Source: an uncultured Sneathiellales bacterium
GTDB taxonomy: Bacteria > Pseudomonadota > Alphaproteobacteria > CAYFNG01
DNA: 64,000 nt
Direction of reading: 5' to 3'
Assembly (NCBI GenBank): GCA_964344385.1
Contig: CAYFNG010000004.1
Span: 73,528 to 137,527 of the forward strand
Shown: piece after piece, positions 49,681-59,346 of the stretch
How the letters are laid out: every line of letters starts with the position of its first letter
Position numbering within the stretch: the first letter of the stretch is position 1
Notes under the pieces: generated by a model
The model's input: only the letters and a program-made list of their open reading frames with translations
What the model was told of the DNA's origin: nothing
The model's database searches: none
Translations under genes and position numbers: made by a program

Positions 49681-50416
49681 TACGCTGCTCAGCCTGGCCG
49701 GTGTTCATACCGCGATTGCCCAATACCAGATCCTGCACGGCGTCGACCTGGAAGTCCCGGACGGCGGCCTGACGGTCCTATTGGGCCGAAACGGCGCCGG
49801 CAAGACCACCACCTTGCGGACCATCATGGGCCTGTGGCGGGCCGGCCAGGGCCGGATCACCTTTGCCGGCGAGGACATTACCGCACGCCCGACCCCCGAC
49901 ATCGCCCAGTCCGGGATCGCCTACGTGCCCGAGGATATGGGCATCTTCGGGGCGCTGACGGTGCGCGAGAACATGCTGTTGGCGGCCCGGGCCGGGGTCA
50001 TGGCGGACGATCGGTTGGGTTGGATCTTCGAGCTGTTTCCGGCGATCGAGAAGTTCTGGGACCTGCCGGCGGCGGCGCTGTCGGGCGGCCAGAAGCAGAT
50101 GCTGGCGATCAGCCGGGCGATCATCGAACCCAGGCGGCTGATCCTGATCGACGAACCGACCAAGGGGCTGGCGCCGGCCATCGTCGACGCCATGATGGCC
50201 GCGTTCGCCGAGCTCAAGAAGAGCTGCACCATCCTGCTGGTGGAGCAGAACTTCCGTTTCGCCCGCAACCTGGCCGAACAGGCCGCGATCATCGACGACG
50301 GGCGTATCGTCCATGCAGGGCCGATGAGTGAATTGGCCGCGGACACGGCAATGCAGCAGAATTTCCTCGGGCTCGGCATCGACGACGCCGCACCCGCGAC
50401 GGAGGCCGAACAATGA
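49673..50416 (+). CDS. ABC transporter ATP-binding protein (LivF-like)
   Basis: GRNGAGKTTT, LSGGQKQML, LILIDEP. Confidence 0.85.
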   Translation: MSDTLLSLAGVHTAIAQYQILHGVDLEVPDGGLTVLLGRNGAGKTTTLRTIMGLWRAGQGRITFAGEDITARPTPDIAQSGIAYVPEDMGIFGALTVRENMLLAARAGVMADDRLGWIFELFPAIEKFWDLPAAALSGGQKQMLAISRAIIEPRRLILIDEPTKGLAPAIVDAMMAAFAELKKSCTILLVEQNFRFARNLAEQAAIIDDGRIVHAGPMSELAADTAMQQNFLGLGIDDAAPATEAEQ

Positions 50417-51447
50417 CCACGGTTTCGACCCGAACCAACGCCGCCGCCGATAACGGCGTCAAGCCTAAGGAATGGCTGATCGACCACCTGCCGCAACTGA
50501 TCATCCCTGTAGTGATCATCGTCGCCCTGCCGCTGGTCGGCGGGCTGTCGAGTTGGGTCACCCTGACCCTGGCCGGGTTGGCGATGGGCATGATGATCTT
50601 CATGATCGCGTCCGGCTTGAGCCTGGTCTTCGGCCTGATGGACGTGCTCAATTTTGGCCACGGCGCCTTCATCACCTTCGGCGCTTTTGTCGCGGCCTCG
50701 GTCTTCGCACCGCTCGCCGGCTGGACCGGGTCCGAGAGCGTGATCCTGAACCTGGCGGCGCTGATGGTGGCGATCGGCTGTGCCACCGCGGTCGGTGCCA
50801 TTCTCGGCTATCTGTTCGAACGCATCATCATCGCGCCGGTCTATGGCCATCATCTGAAGCAGATCCTGATCACCATGGGCGCGCTGATCGTCGCCGAACA
50901 GATCATTCCGGTGATCTGGGGTCCGGTCCCGGTCCAGGTGCCCAAGCCATTGACCCTGCAGGGCGCCTTCGTGGTCGGTGAGATGGCCTTCGAGAAGTAC
51001 CGCCTGCTGGCGGTGATCGTCGGCGTGGTCCTGTATCTGGCCCTGCATCTGGCGCTGACCCGCAGCCGCATCGGCCTGCTGATCCGGGCCGGGGTCGAAA
51101 ACCGCGAGATGGTCGAAGCCCTGGGCTACCGCATCAACGCGCTGTTCATCGGCGTCTTCGTCGCGGGCTCCGCCCTGGCCGCCCTGGGCGGTGCCATGTG
51201 GGCGGTCTACAACGAACTGATCACCGCGGCGCTGGGCAATGAGATCATGATCCTGGTCTTCATCGTGGTGATTATCGGTGGCCTGGGTTCGATCCAGGGT
51301 TCGCTGATCGGCGCCCTGCTGGTCGGCCTGACCGCTAACTATGTCGCGTTCATCGAACCGAAACTGGCGCTGGGCTCGAACATCCTGTTGATGGTGATCG
51401 TGCTGCTGTGGCGCCCGACCGGCCTGTTGCCGGCGACCCGGGTCTAG
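50413..51447 (+). CDS. ABC transporter permease (LivH-like)
   Basis: Polytopic membrane protein of the branched-chain amino acid permease family. Confidence 0.85.
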   Translation: MTTVSTRTNAAADNGVKPKEWLIDHLPQLIIPVVIIVALPLVGGLSSWVTLTLAGLAMGMMIFMIASGLSLVFGLMDVLNFGHGAFITFGAFVAASVFAPLAGWTGSESVILNLAALMVAIGCATAVGAILGYLFERIIIAPVYGHHLKQILITMGALIVAEQIIPVIWGPVPVQVPKPLTLQGAFVVGEMAFEKYRLLAVIVGVVLYLALHLALTRSRIGLLIRAGVENREMVEALGYRINALFIGVFVAGSALAALGGAMWAVYNELITAALGNEIMILVFIVVIIGGLGSIQGSLIGALLVGLTANYVAFIEPKLALGSNILLMVIVLLWRPTGLLPATRV

Positions 51448-51461
51448 GGGAGGGGGCCGCG

Positions 51462-52523
51462 ATGATTGAATCCATTCTCTCCGGCGATCATTTCCGCAGC
51501 CGGGTTCTGGCGGTTGTTGTCCTGGTCATATTGATCTGTCTGGCTTTCTCGCCGTTCCTGTTCCCCGGCACCCGATCGTTGGCGGTGGCGGCCCGGATCT
51601 GCATCTTCATCGTGCTGGTGGCGTCCTACGACATGCTGCTGGGCTATGCCGGCATTGTCTCCTTTGCCCACACCATGTTTTTCGGCATCGGCGCCTACAG
51701 TGTCGCCATCGCGCTGAAGGGCATGGACGGCAGTTGGGCGGCGATCGCGCTGGGCACTCTGGTTGGCCTGACCATCTCGCTGGTGGTCGCCTTTGCCATC
51801 GGGCTGCTCTCGCTCAGGGTCAAGGCGATCTTCTTTGCCATGGTGACCCTGGCGGCGGCCAGTTTCGTGATGATTCTGGCTTCGCAGTTGCACACCCTGA
51901 CCGGCGGCGAGGACGGCATCACCTATCAGGTGCCGCAACTTCTGAAGCCGGCCTTCCGCCTGTTGGACGATCGCCTGTTCGGGGTCCGGGTCAATGGCCG
52001 TATCGTCGCCTATTACCTGGTTTTCTTCAGCAGTCTGGCGTTGTTCCTGTTGATGCTCAGGATCGTCAACTCGCCGTTCGGTCGGGTGCTGCTGTCGATC
52101 CGCGAGAACGAGTTCCGGGCCGAGGCGCTGGGCTATCGGGTCGTCATCTACCGCACCGTCGCCTTTTGCCTGTCGGCCGCGATGGCCACCTTGGCCGGCG
52201 TCCTGATGGCGATCTGGCTGAAATACACCGGTCCCGATACCACGCTCAGCTTCACCATCATGATCGATATCCTGCTGATGGTGGTGATCGGCGGCATGGC
52301 CTCGATGTATGGCGCGGTGGTCGGCGTGGTGATCATGTCGCTGGCCCAATTTTATCTAAAGGACCTGATGGGCCTGGCGGCCGAGGCCAGCGCCTCGCTG
52401 CCTTTGGTCCCGCACCTGTTGCATCCCGACCGCTGGCTGTTGTGGCTCGGGGTGCTGTTTATCCTGAGCGTCTACTTCTTCCCGACCGGGGTGGTCGGCA
52501 AATTGCGGGGGATGGCAAAATGA
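51462..52523 (+). CDS. ABC transporter permease (LivM-like)
   Basis: Polytopic LivM-like permease; the ATG sits behind GGGGAGGGGG. Confidence 0.85.
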   Translation: MIESILSGDHFRSRVLAVVVLVILICLAFSPFLFPGTRSLAVAARICIFIVLVASYDMLLGYAGIVSFAHTMFFGIGAYSVAIALKGMDGSWAAIALGTLVGLTISLVVAFAIGLLSLRVKAIFFAMVTLAAASFVMILASQLHTLTGGEDGITYQVPQLLKPAFRLLDDRLFGVRVNGRIVAYYLVFFSSLALFLLMLRIVNSPFGRVLLSIRENEFRAEALGYRVVIYRTVAFCLSAAMATLAGVLMAIWLKYTGPDTTLSFTIMIDILLMVVIGGMASMYGAVVGVVIMSLAQFYLKDLMGLAAEASASLPLVPHLLHPDRWLLWLGVLFILSVYFFPTGVVGKLRGMAK

Positions 52524-53356
52524 ACGGTCGATCGCGCTTCCTGACCTGCGCCGGGCGAGAGGTCCATTTCATGGAATGGGGCTGGGACAAGCCCGAAACC
52601 CTGGTGATGTGGCATGGCTTGGCTCGGACCGGCCGGGATTTCGATGACGCGGCCAGGGCGATGTCGGCGACCTATCGGGTGGTCTGCCCCGACACTTTGG
52701 GCCGGGGACGCAGCCAATGGGCGGTGGATGCCGACACCGAATACTGTTTCGACTTCTACAGCCGTACCGCGGTCGACCTGCTGGACCAGCTCGGGGTCGG
52801 CAAGCTGCGCTGGCTCGGCACCTCCATGGGCGGGCTGCTGGGCACCCATCTGGCGGCCGGGTCGCTGGCCGAGAGGATCACCCATCTGGTGATCAACGAT
52901 ATCGGCCCCGACATTCCCGAGGGCGCGGTGGAGCGAATCGCCACCTATGTCGGCAATCCGCCACGGTTCCAGACCATCGCCGAGATGGAACAGTACCTGC
53001 GCACCGTCTACGCGCCGTTCGGCGACAATCCCGACAGCTTCTGGCAATTGATGGCCGAAACCTCCTATCGGCGCACCGACGATGGTGGCGTCACCGCCCA
53101 TTACGACCCGCAGATCGTCAACCAATTCACCATGCATGCGGCTGATTTGGACGTCTGGCCGGCCTATGAGCGGATCGCCTGCCCGACACTGCTGCTGCGC
53201 GGCGCGGTCTCCGATGTGCTAGCTGCCGACACCGCGCAAGCAATGACGGAGCGTGGCCCCAAGGCGCGGCTGGAGGTGTTCGAAGGCGTCGGCCACGCGC
53301 CGACCTTGCGGACCCAGCGGGAACTCGAGTTGTTGAACGGATTCTTCGCGGCTTAA
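52520..53356 (+). CDS. alpha/beta-fold hydrolase, last gene of the ABC operon
   Basis: HGLARTGRDF ... GTSMGG (GxSxG nucleophile elbow) ... C-terminal GVGHAP. The start overlaps the upstream stop (ATGA). Confidence 0.75.
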   Translation: MNGRSRFLTCAGREVHFMEWGWDKPETLVMWHGLARTGRDFDDAARAMSATYRVVCPDTLGRGRSQWAVDADTEYCFDFYSRTAVDLLDQLGVGKLRWLGTSMGGLLGTHLAAGSLAERITHLVINDIGPDIPEGAVERIATYVGNPPRFQTIAEMEQYLRTVYAPFGDNPDSFWQLMAETSYRRTDDGGVTAHYDPQIVNQFTMHAADLDVWPAYERIACPTLLLRGAVSDVLAADTAQAMTERGPKARLEVFEGVGHAPTLRTQRELELLNGFFAA

Positions 53357-53799
53357 GCGGGTTCCACCTTCAGCACGGTGCCGTCGGCGCCGGTGATCCG
53401 GACCCGTGTGCCGGCCTCGGCGTCGTCGCCTTCGATCTTCCAGATCACGCCGTCGACCTCCAGCCGGCCGCGCCGGTTGGCGATCGGCTCGGTCAGGATC
53501 AGTTCGCGGCCGACATGGCGGGCACCGCCGAGATTGACCTTCAGCTCCTCGGCTTGCTTGGGCTGGGTGTGGACATAGGCACGCCAGGCGATCAGGCTGC
53601 CCAGGGCCAAGACGGCGAAGATCAGCAACTGGTACTGCCAGCCCAAATCGGGCACGAAGAACATCACCGCGCCGACAATGATGGCCGCGATGCCGGGCCA
53701 AACCAGAACCGTGCTGGGCGCAAAGATCTCGATTCCGATCAGCACGGCCGCCAGCACCCACCAGTGCCAGAACTCCAGGGCCTGAACCAGCTCAACCAT
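53353..53799 (-). CDS. NfeD-family membrane protein (partner of the SPFH protein)
   Basis: TM segments followed by a C-terminal OB-fold beta domain (GRLEVDGVIWKIEGDDAEAGTRVRITGADGTVLKV). Confidence 0.75.
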   Translation of the reverse strand: MVELVQALEFWHWWVLAAVLIGIEIFAPSTVLVWPGIAAIIVGAVMFFVPDLGWQYQLLIFAVLALGSLIAWRAYVHTQPKQAEELKVNLGGARHVGRELILTEPIANRRGRLEVDGVIWKIEGDDAEAGTRVRITGADGTVLKVEPA

Positions 53800-54733
53800 T
53801 GTCGGTCTTCCCGAACGCGCCCTTGGCAATCTCGCCAATGCCACCGATGGCGCCGATCACGCTGGACGCCTCCAGCGGCAGGAACAGGATCTTTTCATTG
53901 TTGCTGTGGGCGAATTCCTTCAGGCTATCGACGTATTTCTGGGCCACGAAATAGTTGATCGCGTTGACGTCGCCGGCGGCGATCGCCTTCGACACCATCA
54001 GGGTCGCGGCGGCCTCGGCCTTGGCTTCACGCTCGCGCGCCTCGGCGTCGCGGAAGGCGGCCTCGCGGCGGCCCTCGGCGGCCAGGATCTGCGCCTGTTT
54101 CTCGCCCTCGGCCCGCAGGATCTCGGACTGCCGCAGGCCTTCCGCTTCCAGGATGTTGGCGCGCTTCTCGCGTTCCGCCTTCATCTGCCGGGCCATCGCC
54201 ACCACGATATCCTGGGGCGGCTCGATATCCTTGATCTCGACCCGCGTGACCTTGACGCCCCAGGCCGTGGTGGCGTCGTCGATCACCGTCAACAGGCGGG
54301 CGTTGATATGGTCGCGCTGCGACAGCAGTTCGTCCAGGTCCATCGAACCCATCACCGTCCGCAAATTGGTCATCGCCAGGTTGAGCATGGCGTTGTGCAG
54401 GTCGTTGACCTCATAGGCCGCCTTGGCGGTGTCGTAGACCTGGAAGAACACCACGCCATTGGCGCCGACCATGGCATTGTCCTTGGTGATCACCTCCTGG
54501 CGGTCGACATCCAGAACCGTTTCCATGACGTTGACCTTGTTGCCGATGCGGTCGATCACTGGCACGATCAGATGGAAACCCGGCTTCAGCGTCCTGGTGT
54601 AGCGGCCGAAGCGTTCGACGGTGTATTCCATGCCCTGCGGCACCGCCTTGACGCCGGTGAGAATGATCACCAGCGCGAGCCCCACAAATGCGATTGCAAA
54701 GGCGTTGAAACCCATTAGGTCAAGCATGCCCAT
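53792..54733 (-). CDS. SPFH/band-7 (stomatin-like, QmcA/YbbK-type) protein
   Basis: N-terminal TM, an SPFH domain, and an EA-rich coiled coil (AEREKRANILEAEGLRQSEILRAEGEKQAQILAAEG). Confidence 0.85.
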   Translation of the reverse strand: MGMLDLMGFNAFAIAFVGLALVIILTGVKAVPQGMEYTVERFGRYTRTLKPGFHLIVPVIDRIGNKVNVMETVLDVDRQEVITKDNAMVGANGVVFFQVYDTAKAAYEVNDLHNAMLNLAMTNLRTVMGSMDLDELLSQRDHINARLLTVIDDATTAWGVKVTRVEIKDIEPPQDIVVAMARQMKAEREKRANILEAEGLRQSEILRAEGEKQAQILAAEGRREAAFRDAEAREREAKAEAAATLMVSKAIAAGDVNAINYFVAQKYVDSLKEFAHSNNEKILFLPLEASSVIGAIGGIGEIAKGAFGKTDNG

Positions 54734-54837
54734 CCACTCCCGTTGATCCCCTCATGCCGGCGGCCGGTAGCGCCGAAAACTCTCAAGGATTTAAACGCTA
54801 AATATGCAAATACAATGGGCGGCAAAACCTAAGCGGA

Positions 54838-55401
54838 CTAAATCTCGTAGTCGGATAGATCTCCGGGTGCAAAACACTGGGCGACATCGTCGATCAGGTT
54901 CGACCAGTCGTCGTCTTCGTAGACGGTGACAAATTCGTGGTTCTCGGGGACAGGGGCGCCGCATATCGCGAAGACCTTTTTGCCACGCGCCAGCGCCAGG
55001 CTGACTTCGTCCGCGGTGCCGCGTCCACCCGACACCGCGACCAGACAGGCGGCGCCATTGGCAATCACCAGATTGCGGCTGACCGTGACCGGTTCACGGG
55101 TGATCGGGGTGTCGACATTGCCCAGTCCGGACGGGATCAACACGCTCGCGAACGGGTTGCCTTGATCCAGATCCTCGCCGGGCAGGATGCCGATCGCCAG
55201 GCCACCGGCTTCGGCGGCACCGTGACAGGCGGCGGCCATGATCCCGCCGCGGCCGCCGCACAGGATGGTCAGTCCGGCATGGGCCAGGCCGGCGGCGATG
55301 TCATGGGCGGTGCGATAGGCGTCCCCGCCAGTCTCGGCGGTTGAGCTGCCGACGATGCCAACCGGCTGGCGGCGGTCGAAAGGTGAATGCGATACAGCCA
55401 T
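54838..55401 (-). CDS. LOG-family (TIGR00725/00730-like Rossmann) protein
   Basis: The GGRGGIMAAACHGAAEAGGLAIGILP and VSGGRGTADEV (PGGxGTxxE) motifs. The ATG at 55401 sits behind GAGG; the ORF is open to 55425. Confidence 0.65.
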   Translation of the reverse strand: MAVSHSPFDRRQPVGIVGSSTAETGGDAYRTAHDIAAGLAHAGLTILCGGRGGIMAAACHGAAEAGGLAIGILPGEDLDQGNPFASVLIPSGLGNVDTPITREPVTVSRNLVIANGAACLVAVSGGRGTADEVSLALARGKKVFAICGAPVPENHEFVTVYEDDDWSNLIDDVAQCFAPGDLSDYEI

Positions 55402-55631
55402 GGCGGACCTCAAAGATTGCAACAACCTACTGTATTTTTGGTCCGATTTTCAACACTCCAGACGGGGAAGATGCCATGGTAAAAGGGGGGACGGACCGGC
55501 ACCTGATCCGGCGCCCAATTTGCGGGCTTTCCTCCCGGAAACAGCTATTGCACATTGTTGGGGGGTGGCCACACCCGTGGCTATATCGAATACGCACTCG
55601 GATCCAACCGGGACGAAGAGGGACGCATACC

Positions 55632-57356
55632 GTGAAACAGTTGTTTTGGCTATTGCTGGTCAGCCTCGTGTTGAGTGGCTGCGATGAACCGTCGGTCAGC
55701 AAAGACGAACTGGGTGATACGCGAACCGCACACGAAAAGCTTGTAGCCCATAGCGCGACCTTCGAGAGGGGGATCGTCCGGGTCGCGGACAATATCCATG
55801 TCGCGATCGGCTACGGCCTGGCCAATACCATCTTGATCGAAGGCGAGGACGGCGTCGTCATCGTCGACACTTTGGAGAGCATCGCCGCCGCAAAGGCGGT
55901 GAAGGCGGAGTTCGACAAAATCACGTCGAAGCCGGTCAAGGCGATCATCTACACCCACAACCACGCCGACCACGTGTTCGGGGCAGGGGTGTTCGCCGGC
56001 GATGATCGGCCCGAGATCATCAGCTTTGCCACCACCCCGGACCTGGTCAACCGTATCGTCAACGTCATCCGCCCGATTATCGAGGTCCGCAGCGTGCGTC
56101 AGTTTGGCACCCAATTGCCGCGCGATCAGGTGCCGAATGCCGGTATCGGCCCCTTCCTGGCGATCGGGACCGACGAACCCTTGGCCTATCGCCGGCCCAC
56201 CACCACGTTCCGGAAATCGCCCCATGCCATCGAAATCGCCGGCATCCGGATGGAACTGCATTTCGCGCCCGGCGAGACACCGGACCAGATCTTCGTTTAT
56301 CTGCCGGACCAGCGGATCCTGCTGCCCGGCGACAATTACTACCATGCCTTTCCCAACCTCTATGCGATCCGCGGTACCGCCTATCGCGACGTGACCCAGT
56401 GGGTCGACAGCCTGGATCGGATGCGGTCCCTGAACGCCGAGGCATTGGTGCCCAGCCATTCCCGTCCCGTGATAGGCGCTGAGAAGGTCCGGACTGTCCT
56501 GACCAACTATCGTGACGCCATCCAGTTCGTCCACGATCAGACGGTGCGGTTGATGAACCAGGGTCTGACCCCGGACGAGATCGTTGCCCAACTCAAACTG
56601 CCGCCGCACCTGGCCCGGCTTCCCTATCTGCAACCGTTCTACGGGCGGGTCGAATGGGCGGTCCGATCGATCTTCAGCGGCTATCTGGGGTGGTTCAGCG
56701 GCGATGCCGTCGACCTCAAGCCGCTGGCCCCGGAGGCGCGGGCGAAACGCATGGCGGAATTGGCCGGCGGGGCCGAGGCGCTGCGGTCCAAGGCCCGGGC
56801 GGCGGCGCGGGCCGGCGACCACCAATGGGCCCTGCGCCTGGCCGGGCATCTGCTCCGACTGGATCCCGACGATCGGGTTGCCGGTGAGTTGCGGGTAACG
56901 GCGCTAACCGCACTGGGCGAGGCCGAGATCAGCGCCACCGGGCGCAACTACTACCTGACCCAGGCCCTGGAGGCGGGCGGTCGCGTCATCCCCAAAAGCG
57001 ACCCGGAAGTGGTGGCCGAGGATTTCCTGCGCCAGTTCCCGATCGGCAATTTCATGGCCGCGATGGCGGTCAACCTGGACCCGGAGGCCGCCGCAGACGA
57101 AACGATCACCGTCGGGTTTCGGTTTACCGACGTCGCCGAAGACTATGCGATCCATGTCCGGCGAGGGATCGCGGAGTTGCAAGCCGGATACCCGAAAACT
57201 ATGGACGCCGGGATCACCATGGATTCGTTCGTGTGGAAGGAAATCCTCACCAAACGCCGAAATTTCGTGGCCGCCTTGGTCTCGGGTGATCTGGAACTGA
57301 CCGGCGAGAAGCTCACACTGCTCAAATTCCTTTCGCTCTTCCAGGCTGACGGGTAG
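55632..57356 (+). CDS. alkyl/aryl-sulfatase of the metallo-beta-lactamase fold (SdsA1/BDS1-like) with a C-terminal SCP2-like domain; predicted lipoprotein
   Basis: GTG start behind GAAGAGGGA. Lipobox LVLSGC. HNHADH MBL motif, then dimerisation and SCP2-like regions. Only the 3' part of ORF 55341..57356 is real. Confidence 0.75.
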   Translation: MKQLFWLLLVSLVLSGCDEPSVSKDELGDTRTAHEKLVAHSATFERGIVRVADNIHVAIGYGLANTILIEGEDGVVIVDTLESIAAAKAVKAEFDKITSKPVKAIIYTHNHADHVFGAGVFAGDDRPEIISFATTPDLVNRIVNVIRPIIEVRSVRQFGTQLPRDQVPNAGIGPFLAIGTDEPLAYRRPTTTFRKSPHAIEIAGIRMELHFAPGETPDQIFVYLPDQRILLPGDNYYHAFPNLYAIRGTAYRDVTQWVDSLDRMRSLNAEALVPSHSRPVIGAEKVRTVLTNYRDAIQFVHDQTVRLMNQGLTPDEIVAQLKLPPHLARLPYLQPFYGRVEWAVRSIFSGYLGWFSGDAVDLKPLAPEARAKRMAELAGGAEALRSKARAAARAGDHQWALRLAGHLLRLDPDDRVAGELRVTALTALGEAEISATGRNYYLTQALEAGGRVIPKSDPEVVAEDFLRQFPIGNFMAAMAVNLDPEAAADETITVGFRFTDVAEDYAIHVRRGIAELQAGYPKTMDAGITMDSFVWKEILTKRRNFVAALVSGDLELTGEKLTLLKFLSLFQADG

Positions 57357-57387
57357 TGTTTGCCGGCAGACGGATCGGATCAGGTCG

Positions 57388-59319
57388 ATGTGTGGTATTG
57401 CGGGTTTTTTTGATCGTGCACCCAGCCTTGGTGCCAATGAGTTGGCGGCCCAGGCGGCGGCAATGGCCAGCGCGATCCGGCACCGGGGGCCGGATGATGG
57501 CGACACCTGGGTCGACGCGGAGGCCGGCATCGCATTCGGCCATCGCCGACTGTCGATCATCGACCTCAGTGCCGCCGGCCACCAACCGATGGCGTCGTCG
57601 TGCGGGCGGTTTGTGCTTTCCTACAACGGCGAGGTCTATAACGCGCCGGAACTACGGGCGGAACTTGAAGCCAAGGGCCGGCGCTTTCGCGGCCATTCCG
57701 ATACCGAGGTCATAGTCGAGGGCATAGCCGAGTGGGGCCTCGAGTCCACCGTGAAGCGGCTTGTCGGCATGTTTGCCTTCTCGGTCTGGGACCGGGAAAA
57801 CCGGCAACTTGCCCTGGTCCGGGATCGGGTCGGGATCAAGCCGCTGTATTGGGGCCAGGTGAAGGGGCGGCTCGTCTTTGCCTCCGAATTGAAAGCCTTG
57901 CACGCTTTGCCCGACCTTGGCCTCACGCTCGACCGGTCGGCCGTCGCCACGTTCCTACGACACAACTATATCCCGGCCCCGCACTCTATCTACCGGGAGG
58001 TCGCCAAACTGGAACCGGGCTGCATCCTGACCGTGCGGGCGGGTGAGTCGCCGGTCATCGAACCCTATTGGCGATTGGACGAGGTGGTGGCGCGCGGCCG
58101 CGAGACGGCGCTGGACCTCGACGATGTCGAGGCGACCGACCTTTTGGAAGCGAGCCTGGCGGATGCGGTCAAGCGGCGCATGGTTGCCGATGTGCCGCTG
58201 GGTGCTTTCCTGTCCGGCGGCATCGACAGTTCGACGGTGGTCGCCTTAATGCAGGCCCATGCCGACCGGCCGGTTCGCAGTTTTTCCATTGGTTTCCACG
58301 AACCCGGGTTCGACGAGGCCGGCCACGCCAAGGCGGTTGCCGGTCACCTGGGCACCGACCATACCGAACTCTATGTATCGCCGGCCCATGCCCTGGAGAT
58401 CATCCCGAACCTGCCGAAATATTATGACGAGCCGTTTTCCGATTCGTCCCAGATCCCGACCTTTCTGGTCTCGGAGATGACCCGCGAGCATGTCACCGTG
58501 GCACTGTCGGGAGATGGCGGCGACGAGCTGTTTGGCGGCTATAACCGCTACTTCCAGGCTCGCAACGTGGTTGGGTCCATCGGCCGGCTGCCGGTGCCGC
58601 TGCGGGCCGCCGGCGCCGCGATGATCCGATGGCTGCCGCCCCGGCTGTGGGACCGGATCTTCGGATTGGTGCCTGGTGCCTGGCGACCACCCCAGGCCGG
58701 CGACAAGATGCACAAACTTGCCGCGGTCCTGACCCAGGACGAAGACGGGTTTTATCGCCGCTTGATCAGCCATTGGCTGGCGCCTGAGGAGATCGTGCCA
58801 GGGGCCGCGGAATACAAAGGCTTGGTCTGGGACCCGTCGGTGCACGATGTGGTGCCGGACTATATCGACCGCATGCAGTATCTGGACGCGCTGACATATC
58901 TGCCGGACGACATCCTGACCAAGGTCGACAGGGCCAGCATGGCAGTGTCCCTGGAAGTGCGGGTGCCGATCCTGGACCACCGCGTTGTCGAGCTGGCCTG
59001 GCGCCTGCCGCGCCGCCATAAGATCCGCGGCAGCCAGGGCAAATGGCTGTTGCGTCAGGTGCTGGCGCGGCATTTGCCGCCGGCACTGTTCGAGCGGCCC
59101 AAGATGGGCTTTGGCGTGCCCATCGACACCTGGATGTGCGGGCCGCTGCGCGACTGGTGCGAGGCGTTGCTGGATCCGGTCAAGCTGGGCCAGGACGGCC
59201 TGTTCGATGGCGATGCCGTGCGCGGCCGCTGGCAGGCGCAACTGGCCGGGCGGGCCAATGACCAATACCTGCTTTGGGACATCCTGATGTTCCAGGCCTG
59301 GCGGGCGGAGTATGGTTGA
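57388..59319 (+). CDS. asparagine synthetase (glutamine-hydrolysing) family amidotransferase
   Basis: N-terminal MCGIAGFF (Ntn Cys), the YNGEVYN block, and the PP-loop SGGIDSS; 643 aa. Confidence 0.85.
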   Translation: MCGIAGFFDRAPSLGANELAAQAAAMASAIRHRGPDDGDTWVDAEAGIAFGHRRLSIIDLSAAGHQPMASSCGRFVLSYNGEVYNAPELRAELEAKGRRFRGHSDTEVIVEGIAEWGLESTVKRLVGMFAFSVWDRENRQLALVRDRVGIKPLYWGQVKGRLVFASELKALHALPDLGLTLDRSAVATFLRHNYIPAPHSIYREVAKLEPGCILTVRAGESPVIEPYWRLDEVVARGRETALDLDDVEATDLLEASLADAVKRRMVADVPLGAFLSGGIDSSTVVALMQAHADRPVRSFSIGFHEPGFDEAGHAKAVAGHLGTDHTELYVSPAHALEIIPNLPKYYDEPFSDSSQIPTFLVSEMTREHVTVALSGDGGDELFGGYNRYFQARNVVGSIGRLPVPLRAAGAAMIRWLPPRLWDRIFGLVPGAWRPPQAGDKMHKLAAVLTQDEDGFYRRLISHWLAPEEIVPGAAEYKGLVWDPSVHDVVPDYIDRMQYLDALTYLPDDILTKVDRASMAVSLEVRVPILDHRVVELAWRLPRRHKIRGSQGKWLLRQVLARHLPPALFERPKMGFGVPIDTWMCGPLRDWCEALLDPVKLGQDGLFDGDAVRGRWQAQLAGRANDQYLLWDILMFQAWRAEYG

Positions 59320-59346
59320 CGGTCAGACGGGCAGGGAGGGTCGAGC

